Below are positions 8,497 through 16,700 of a DNA stretch of 35,935 nt, in pieces. Both the position numbers and the translations under genes were made by a program. The notes under the pieces are model-generated. The model had not been told where the DNA came from, ran no database searches, and was given only the letters and a program-made list of their open reading frames with translations. The stretch's first letter is position 1. Each line of letters starts with the position of its first letter. The stretch is from a virus, in the IMG/VR virus record IMGVR_UViG_3300035211_000022, positions 1-35,935 of that record; one strand, 5' to 3'.

Positions 8497-9090
8497 ATGG
8501 CTTTGGCCTTCGTCCCCTTTTTTACATCTGGAGACGCCGCCATGCTCAACGACACCGACATTTCAGTTTGTTCTCACGCTCTTGTCATGATCGGGCATAG
8601 CCCCATCAACTCCCTTTCTGAAAACCCGACGGCTGACGAGCTATTCCCTGGCATCTACAAGGCTTTCCTGTCCGCCCGGCGCTGGACCTTCGCAAGTGGC
8701 AAAGTTGCCCTTTCCAGGCTTGTGGACGCCCCCCTGAACGAATACACCTACGCATTCCAGCTGCCCACCGAAATGCTCAAGCTTGACCGGGTTTACCCGT
8801 CCGGGGTGAGGTATCGCATCTATGGCGACAAGCTTTATGCCAACGTGAGGGAGATCGAGATCGACTACCGCTATCAGGTGGACCTGTCGATCGTCCCGGC
8901 GGATGCGGTAAAGGCCCTCGAGTACAAGGTAGCCGCGGATCTCGCCATCCCGATCACCCGCAAGGCGGACATCGCCAACGAGTACGAGGGCAAGTTTAAG
9001 GAATCTTGGTTTATCGCCGCCACCGCAGACAGCCAGCAGCAGCCGGCCGACGAGCCGCTGCACCAGCCGTTTATTAGCGCGAGGTACTAG
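8497..9090 (+). CDS. Tail tubular protein A / adaptor-like (T7 gp11-like; 197 aa, or 182 aa from ATG 8542)
   Basis: Its size equals that of T7 gp11 and it sits immediately before the large tubular B-like gene. N-terminal motif ..ISVCSHALVMIGHSPINSL... Both candidate starts have SD-like sequences. Confidence 0.65.
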   Translation: MALAFVPFFTSGDAAMLNDTDISVCSHALVMIGHSPINSLSENPTADELFPGIYKAFLSARRWTFASGKVALSRLVDAPLNEYTYAFQLPTEMLKLDRVYPSGVRYRIYGDKLYANVREIEIDYRYQVDLSIVPADAVKALEYKVAADLAIPITRKADIANEYEGKFKESWFIAATADSQQQPADEPLHQPFISARY

Positions 9091-9092
9091 CC

Positions 9093-11198
9093 ATGCCTAT
9101 CGTCCGCGCCCTACAAAGCACATTCAACGCCGGCGTAGTTGACCCGCTCCTGGCGTCAAGGGTCGACCTTGCCCAGTACTACCGCGGGATGCGCGTAGGG
9201 CGCAACGTGATCGTGAGCCCGCGGGGCGGTGTGCGACGTCGTGGCGGTACCCTGGCGCTGGGTGAGCTGCCACAGACGATTTCCAGGATCACCTCCGGGA
9301 TCACCGCCACCGCACCCGAGGGAGGCACCGCCGGCAACGCCAACGACGGCAGCACCGGCACATCCGTTATCTCGACCACCCCGATCAACGCCCTGGACCC
9401 CTACGTGCTGATCCACTATGACCTGGGGAGCGCCAAGACGATCACGTTTGCCGATGCCGTGGGGCTGTCCATGTCCGGCAGCTCGACCGACGAGTGGGCG
9501 ATCCAGTTCAGCGACGACAACAGCACGTGGTACACGCTGCAGGGCGCCCTGGGGACGATTGACACCGTGGCCAGCACCCACCGCCGCACCGGCCCGGTTA
9601 CAGCGCGTTATTGGCGTGTGGCGAAGGTGGGGGGCACCACTGTGGGCGCCGTGACCGCTACCCTGCAGGAGTTCAACCTGTGGGAGCAGTCCGGCACCTA
9701 CGGCAACGCGGTGCTGGCCGAGTTCGCCTTTAACGTCGATCAGGTGTACATGCTGGCCTTCACGGACTACAACATCGACGTTTACCGCTCCGGCGTCTAT
9801 CAGGTATCGCTCCGCAGCCCCTACAGCAGCGCCGCGCTGGAGGAGATCACCTTTACCCAGTCGGTGGACGTGATCCTTTGCTTCCACAAGGACGTGAGGA
9901 CACAGCAGCTGTCACGGTACACTGACACCGATTGGCAGTTTTCCGGGATCTCCTTCTCGAACATCCCGCAATACAACTTTGGCAGCGGCGCCGAGGACGT
10001 GATCAGCACCACCCGCGGCTGGGCCCGGTGCGGCACCTTCCACGAGGGGCGGCTGTATATGGGCGGCCTTCGCAGTCGCCCGGCCTCCATCCTGGCCTCC
10101 AAGACAAACAGCTTTTATGACCTCGACGAGGGCACCGGCCTGGATGACGAGGGGTTTCTGCGCACCCTGGACACCGATCAGCTCAACGCGATCCAGTACA
10201 TTGTTTCCGGCCAGGATCTGCAGATCTACACCTCCGGCGACGTGTTCTACTGCCCAAGCTCGCCGATCACCCCGGCGAATGTGGCCTTCCAGTCGCAGTC
10301 AGTCTATGGCTGCGCCGCCATCAAGCCGGTGAAAATCGACAACGCCGCCCTTTATATGCAGTACAACAGCGACGTATTGCATCGCTTCCTCTATGACTTC
10401 GGCCAGGACAGCTACGTGGCCATGCCAACCACCCTCACGGCCGGACACCTCATCGAAAACCCTGTGACCATGGCGGCGATCCAGGGCGGCACCACCGAGG
10501 ACGACAGCAACTATGTGATGGTAATCAACGAGGACGGCAGCGTGGCGGTCTACAACACGCTTTCCTCCGAGGAGGTGAGCGCCTGGACCGACTGGACCAC
10601 TGACGGCAACTTTAAGGCCGTGGCGGCGGTTGAGTCCGATCTGTACTTCGTGGTTCAGCGGACCCTGAACGGCGGCGAGGCATGGTTCATCGAGCTTTAC
10701 GACGAGGCCACATACACCGACTGCGCCCTGCAGGGCACGGAAAGCCCGGCCACGGACACGATCACCGGCCTGGACCACCTCGACGGGGAGGAGTGCCGGG
10801 TACGTGGCGATGGGGCCGTGCTGGCCAATGTCACGCCGTCCAGCGGCAGCGTAACCCTCGAGCACTCCGTGGAGGAGTGGGAGATCGGCCTGGACTGGCA
10901 GCCCGAGGTCCAGACGATGCCGCTGAATATGGACTTCCAGAACGGACCAACCTTTGCGGAAATGAAAAGGCTGGTACGGGCCGTGCTTTATGTAAACGAA
11001 ACCCTTGGGCTCATCGTCAACGGGCGCCGTATCGCGGATCGCCAGTTTGGCGCCGTGCTAAATACCGCCCCGATCCCCTATACTGGGGAGAAGGAAATTT
11101 GGCTTTCTGGCTGGGATCGTGAGGGGGTCGTAACAATTACGCAAGAGGATCCCGTTCCGATGAACATTCTTGGAATCATGTTGGAGGTGGAGGCTTAG
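9093..11198 (+). CDS. Tail tubular protein B / nozzle-like protein (701 aa) with an inserted discoidin-like module
   Basis: The N-terminus ..FNAGVVDPLLASRVDLAQYYRGMRVGRNVIVSPRGGVRRRGG.. is typical of podovirus nozzle proteins. Order and size are consistent. Confidence 0.7.
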   Translation: MPIVRALQSTFNAGVVDPLLASRVDLAQYYRGMRVGRNVIVSPRGGVRRRGGTLALGELPQTISRITSGITATAPEGGTAGNANDGSTGTSVISTTPINALDPYVLIHYDLGSAKTITFADAVGLSMSGSSTDEWAIQFSDDNSTWYTLQGALGTIDTVASTHRRTGPVTARYWRVAKVGGTTVGAVTATLQEFNLWEQSGTYGNAVLAEFAFNVDQVYMLAFTDYNIDVYRSGVYQVSLRSPYSSAALEEITFTQSVDVILCFHKDVRTQQLSRYTDTDWQFSGISFSNIPQYNFGSGAEDVISTTRGWARCGTFHEGRLYMGGLRSRPASILASKTNSFYDLDEGTGLDDEGFLRTLDTDQLNAIQYIVSGQDLQIYTSGDVFYCPSSPITPANVAFQSQSVYGCAAIKPVKIDNAALYMQYNSDVLHRFLYDFGQDSYVAMPTTLTAGHLIENPVTMAAIQGGTTEDDSNYVMVINEDGSVAVYNTLSSEEVSAWTDWTTDGNFKAVAAVESDLYFVVQRTLNGGEAWFIELYDEATYTDCALQGTESPATDTITGLDHLDGEECRVRGDGAVLANVTPSSGSVTLEHSVEEWEIGLDWQPEVQTMPLNMDFQNGPTFAEMKRLVRAVLYVNETLGLIVNGRRIADRQFGAVLNTAPIPYTGEKEIWLSGWDREGVVTITQEDPVPMNILGIMLEVEA

Positions 11199-11200
11199 CC

Positions 11201-11605
11201 ATGGCGCAATATACGATCCCGCTAATGATGGCCTCCACGGCCATTTCGCTCTATTCGCAGAGGACGGCCGCCAACGCTCAGCGGGCACAGACAAGGCAGG
11301 CGGCCACCGCTGCGCGCCTCGAGGCCCAGGGCGAGCAGATCGAGCGCCGCCGGCGCCTCCTGGCCACCCTGGCGGCGCAGAACAATGCTGCAGGATCCTC
11401 CGGGCTCACGCCCAACGAGTCGTTCACCAACATGCAGCAGAACGATCTGGCCATGTACGATCTGGACATCGCCAGGGCCGAGGCCGAGGCATCTGGAACG
11501 CGGCGCGCCTACCAGCTGCAGCAGGCCAGCACGACGGCGCAGGCAAACGCTGGCATGGCGAGCACCGTGGCGAGCGCCGGCTACCGCTATTCGCTGATGG
11601 CATAG
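11201..11605 (+). CDS. Internal virion protein (134 aa, gp13/gp14-like position)
   Basis: Hydrophobic N-terminus (IPLMMASTAISLY) followed by an A/Q/R-rich helical region. The gene follows the nozzle gene. Confidence 0.6.
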   Translation: MAQYTIPLMMASTAISLYSQRTAANAQRAQTRQAATAARLEAQGEQIERRRRLLATLAAQNNAAGSSGLTPNESFTNMQQNDLAMYDLDIARAEAEASGTRRAYQLQQASTTAQANAGMASTVASAGYRYSLMA

Positions 11606-11615
11606 GGGACAGACA

Positions 11616-13754
11616 ATGGCAGACATCCCGCGTTACAAGCCCGACAGCCCGCGCTTTCGCCCTGTGACCGAAACAGGGCAGGCCCAGGCCTGGGGATCGC
11701 TTGCGCAGCGCATGGAAGACTGGAGTGCGCGGTTTGCTGATCTCGGAGTGCAGCAGGCCCGCCAGGAGGGCGCCCAGCAGGGTGCGCAAGAGGGGGCGCA
11801 GCCCGGCAAGCCCGACATCCCCGACGAGCCAACAATCAACGTGCGCGAGAATGCCCGGCGCGATGCCGCTCTGCTGGCCCACAAGGCGCGCATTCAGTCA
11901 GATATCCGCAACCGGGCGGCAATGCTCGAGGCAGAGCACCAGATGGACCCCGAGGGGTTCCAGGCGGCCATGGAGGGGTACGGCGAGGGGCTTATGTCCG
12001 AGGTGCACGATCAGGCAAAGCCGGACGTGCAGCTGCTGCTGGAGGACTACGGCGGCCGCGCCTTCACCCGGATCAACACCAGACTGGCCGATCAGGCCTT
12101 CAAGGACGACGTGCTGGAGATCGAGAATCAAGTCACCTCGCTGTCTGAGGAGGCGCTTACCTACGCCAGGGACAACGACGAGGCGGGACTCTACAAGGCC
12201 AAGGCCAGGCTGCAGTCCCTGCAGGCCCAGGCGGTAAAGTCCAACATCATGACGCCGGCCCAGGTGGAGGCGCAGCTGGTCGCCCTGGATGATGCGATCC
12301 TGGTGGAATCTGCTGTTGGCGAGTTCTCGCGCACCCTGTACGGCGAGGGTATCGAGGAGGCCGAGGAGGTGCACCGCAACTTTCAGACGGCAGATCTCAA
12401 GTCACTGGGTATGGATGCCGCCATGCGGGACAAGATCGAGGGCAAGATGCGCGCCTTGATCTCCCAGGAGCAGGCCAGGATCAACCGCGAGGCGGCCAGG
12501 GAGAAGGCGGCCAGCGACGCCACCGTAAAGGCGCTGAGGGAGGAAACCAAGGATATGGCCTACCTCCTCGAGAACGGGCGGCTGGACGAGCGCGCAGAGG
12601 GGCGCCTGGAGCAGCTGCTGGAGCTCACCGCCGGCACCGAGTTGCACAGCACCCTTACCGACGCCCTCACCACCTACGACGCGGTGGACAAGTTCAACCG
12701 GCTTTCGGTGGCAGAGCAGGAGGCCTACCTGGATCAGCTGCAGGAGTTCGAGGACGCCGACAGTCTGCGCCTTGCCGAGAAGCTGGAGAAGGTGGCCACA
12801 GAGCGCCGCCGGGCCCTGGAGGACGGCAAGGGGCTGGATCTCTACTACTCCGACGGTTACGCGCCGGCACCGGCGCCCCTGGACTTCGGGGATGAGGACT
12901 CGCTGCGCGCCGGGCTGGCACTCCGCAACGAGCAGGCGCAGCAGGCATCAAGCCTGTATCAGTACCGAGTATCCCCGCTGCGTGACGGGGAGATCTCCAT
13001 GCTTACCGAGTACGTGGCAGAGGCCAGCGCCCCCGAGAAAATGCGCCTGCTTGGCATTATGTCCGGCGAGCTGGGCGGAAACTTCCTGCCCGCCATGCGC
13101 GACATCGACAAGAAAGGCGGTACCACCCTGGCGATGGCTGGCGGCCTGATGAGCACCACCGGCCAGGAGCCGGCACGGCTGCTGCTGCGCGGCGCTGAGA
13201 TCATGCAGGAGGCGCCCGAGCTGATGCCCCAGGGCACCGAAAAGTCCATTATGGATGCCGACATGAGCGAGCAGCTTGGCCCGCTGTTCCTGGCCAACCC
13301 ACGGCACCGCGGCGCCATGAATCAGGCGATCCGCGGGATCTACGCCGGCCTGTCGGCCAAAGAGGGCGCCGTGAAAGGAGAATATGATGCCTCGCGTCTG
13401 GAGACGGCGATCACCCTGGCCACCGGCGGGGTACACCGCTGGGAGGGCAGCCGCTGGGGCGCCAAGGAGAGCGTGATCACCCCGCCTGTTATCGGCTGGG
13501 ATGAGGACATGACCAAGGAGTGGCTGGACGAGAAACTGAGCCCCGAGGACATCGACGCGCTTGGCGGCGTGGCCGGGTTCAGTAGTGAGGAGTTCCTTAA
13601 GCTGTTCCGTCGTGACGGGGTGCTGGTGCCTGTTGGCATGACCTCAGATCAGGGCCGGCCAGCGAGGACGCGCTACCTTGTTTTTTTCGGGGACAAGCCG
13701 GTAAAGAGCGGCGAGGGAAAGCCCTTTATCCTGGAGTATCGCCATGACCTTTAG
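11616..13754 (+). CDS. Internal virion / ejection protein (712 aa, gp15-like position)
   Basis: Long helical, charged protein in the core-protein block. GGGGA SD upstream. Confidence 0.65.
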   Translation: MADIPRYKPDSPRFRPVTETGQAQAWGSLAQRMEDWSARFADLGVQQARQEGAQQGAQEGAQPGKPDIPDEPTINVRENARRDAALLAHKARIQSDIRNRAAMLEAEHQMDPEGFQAAMEGYGEGLMSEVHDQAKPDVQLLLEDYGGRAFTRINTRLADQAFKDDVLEIENQVTSLSEEALTYARDNDEAGLYKAKARLQSLQAQAVKSNIMTPAQVEAQLVALDDAILVESAVGEFSRTLYGEGIEEAEEVHRNFQTADLKSLGMDAAMRDKIEGKMRALISQEQARINREAAREKAASDATVKALREETKDMAYLLENGRLDERAEGRLEQLLELTAGTELHSTLTDALTTYDAVDKFNRLSVAEQEAYLDQLQEFEDADSLRLAEKLEKVATERRRALEDGKGLDLYYSDGYAPAPAPLDFGDEDSLRAGLALRNEQAQQASSLYQYRVSPLRDGEISMLTEYVAEASAPEKMRLLGIMSGELGGNFLPAMRDIDKKGGTTLAMAGGLMSTTGQEPARLLLRGAEIMQEAPELMPQGTEKSIMDADMSEQLGPLFLANPRHRGAMNQAIRGIYAGLSAKEGAVKGEYDASRLETAITLATGGVHRWEGSRWGAKESVITPPVIGWDEDMTKEWLDEKLSPEDIDALGGVAGFSSEEFLKLFRRDGVLVPVGMTSDQGRPARTRYLVFFGDKPVKSGEGKPFILEYRHDL

Positions 13755-16700
13755 TGTATTCGAGGATGACTACCAGAAGGTGATCAGGGAGGCAGAGCAG
13801 ACCCAGCACGCCACCCGCCGGGACGCCGCCGCCACCTTCGGCGAGGTGTACGGCGCCGCCTATGATGCTTTTGTGTCCGAGGACCAAAGCACCTCGAGGA
13901 TGAATCACTGGCAGGAGCATCTGCGCCCGCGATCCCGCAAGGCCGGCGAGCTGCTGGGGGTTGACCCCGAGGAGGCGGAAGACCTGGGCAGCTACTACTA
14001 CAGCCTCACCCGCAAGGATGACCCCCTGGCAAAGTCGGTGCGGGAGCTGTACGACAGCGGGCAGGTAACCTATGACCCGGGCACCAACACCCTCAAGGCG
14101 AACAGCCCGAGGGCGCGCTGGTGGCTCAACGGCTACACCGGCCGCGCCGACTATTCCAAGTATTTCAGGGCATACGCCCAGGTGCAGCAGGCGCGCAAGA
14201 TTGACCCCACCATGGCCAGCGATGAGCAGATCGCCTCCCAGGTCATGGAGAAGGCGAAGAAGATCCGCGAGGAGGCCGCCGCCACCATGCAGCGCGGCCG
14301 CGGCGCGTCTGGCGTCCTTGGCCAGTTCGCCGGCATTGCGGCCGGCGCGATGACCGACCCGGTGGTGATCGCCACCCTCCCGCTTGGCTACGGCACCGTG
14401 CAGGCCGGCAAGACCACCACCGGCACCCTGCTTAACGTGGGGAAGGCGATGGGAGTGGAGGGGCTGGTGGAAATGGGGATCGAGGGGGCGCTGATCCAGC
14501 CGTCCGTCTACGAGTTCAAGCAGGAGATCGGCAGCCCCTACGGTGCAAAGGAGTATATCCAGAACGTGCTGGCGGCCGGCGCCGGCGCTGCAGCGTTCCG
14601 CGGCGTGCTGGAGGGCGGGGTTCAGGGATACAAGTCCTGGCTCAAGTCCTACAAGGCCGCAAAGGGCAACGACGCCACCGCCCAGGCCGTCGGCCGCTTC
14701 ATCGACGAGCTGGAAAAGTCCCGCCTCAATGACACCCCGGACGCCCAGGACGCCCACATTGCGGCGATCGACAAGGCCGTGGAGGACGTCCGCCAGGGGC
14801 GCACTGCAGACGTGCAGCACATCGTAGAGGAGCACGTTCCACGTGAAACGGCCGCGCAGCGGCCTGTGGAGGGGGTGGAGCGCGTCCGGGCCGCCGACCT
14901 GGACACTGACGCCGCCCGGTTCCAGTACAAGAGCGGGGCGGACGCCCAGGGCGTGACAGAGCGCCTGGAGGGTGTGACGGAGTGGGACGACAGGCTGGCC
15001 GGGATCTCCCTGTTCTATGAGGACGCCGACGGCAAGCTGTTTGTGGTCGACGGGCACCAGCGTCTCGGGCTGGCCAAGCGCCTGGACCCCGACAATATCG
15101 AGCTCACCGGGTACCGCATGCGGGCCGCCGATGGCGTAACGCCTGAGCAGGCCCGGGTGGTCGCCGCGATCAAGAACATCGCCGAGGGATCCGGCCGGGC
15201 CATCGACGCGGCCAAGGTGCTGCGCGACACCGGCAACCTTGACCGCCTGCCGCAGCTCCCTCCCAAGTCTGCCCTGGTGCGGCAGGCGCAAGGCCTATCC
15301 AGGCTGTCCGATGATGCCTTTATGCAGGTGGTGAACGACGTGGTTCCTGAGCGGTACGCCGCGATCATCGGCGACAGTCTGCCGGACCCAGCAGAGCAGG
15401 CCGCCGCGATCCAGGTGCTGGCCAAGGCCCAGCCGGCGAACGAAACCCAGGCCAGGGCCATGGTGCAGCAGGTGAAGGCCGCCGGCTTCGAGCGGCAGGT
15501 TACCGCGGATCTCTTCGGGGAGCGCGAGATCGCCGAGTCGCTGGTGGGCGAAAAGGCCCGCGTGATCGACGAGGCCACCAAGCGACTGCGCACCGACAAG
15601 CGCCTATTCAAGTCCCTTGTCGACAACCAATCACGTATCGAAAATGGCGGTAACGTCCTCGAACATGCCTATAACTTGGAGGTAGCGAACGATGCCCAAT
15701 CAGCCCTTGAAGCCCTCGGGCGGCTCGCCTATTCCCGCGGACCTGTTGCTGATGCTCTCACAGATGCAGCACGGGCCGTTAAAGCCGGAAAACGCCCTGC
15801 TAGTGTCCTCCCTGACTTTCTCGCCAGAGTTCGTGATGCCCTTGCCGTGGGAAATGAGCCTGGGATCGCTCCTGGCGGACCTGGACGCGGTGGCCAAGGC
15901 CCTCGCTTCGTCCGGGGAGGCTCTGCCAGCAACGATGCTGTAGTTCCCCGTCCGCGTGTCGGGGATCCGGTAGTCCGAACCAGCCTTTCCCTGGAGCAGT
16001 GGGCGAACGCTGAGGACGCCTTTAAGCGCGGCCAGCCGTTCACCAGCATTGATGATATCTACCGCGGGGCCGAGGCGAACCAGCGCACCCTGGCGGCCTT
16101 TGGCGATCGACTGACCAAGGAGATCGACGGGGTAGAGTTCATCGATCCCGGGGTGAAGAAGAAGGCAGCCACCAAGGCGAAGATGAAGGCCAAGCGGAAA
16201 GAGGCCTGGGAGATCACGGACGTCGTGCGCGGGGGGTTCAAGGTCGACACCCCCGATGCGGCCGATGCGGTGGCCAGTCGCCTCGCCCAGGAGTTCGAGA
16301 TCCTGGATGAGTCCTGGAACACCAACGGCGCCGGCTACTTTGACAGAAAGCTGATGGTTCGCCTCAAGGACGGCACGGTTGCAGAGGTGCAGATGTGGGA
16401 GCCCAACATGCTGCGCGCCAAGGAGGAGTTGGGCGGGCACCTCCTCTACGAGCAGCAGCGGGCGCTGATGCAGGGCGGCAAGGTGCCGCCGGACGCCCTG
16501 GCCGAGTTCAACCGCCTCAACGATGAAATGGTGAAGCTGTACAGCGACGCCATGGCCAGGGCGAGCGACGACTGGGCTCAGGCTTCCGGCAAATCCCCCG
16601 CGTCCTCGAGTACCGCGGCGAAGGCCTCCACAAAGTCGGCCTCCTCAACGATGCGGCCAGAGTCCAGGACGTCGGCCGGGTTGACTAGCTCCCAGGCGCC

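Noticed and set aside
13726-15291. Very long minus-strand ORF (521 aa) opposite the ejection-protein gene. Similar long antisense ORFs occur at 6169..7095, 7312..8160, 17831..19012, 19502..20407, 26285..27409 (+) and 35001..35789.
   Set aside because: These are typical GC-rich shadow ORFs. Their translations are R/G/A/P/H-rich low complexity, they lack SD sequences, and they sit opposite ORFs with clear family signatures and operon tiling.
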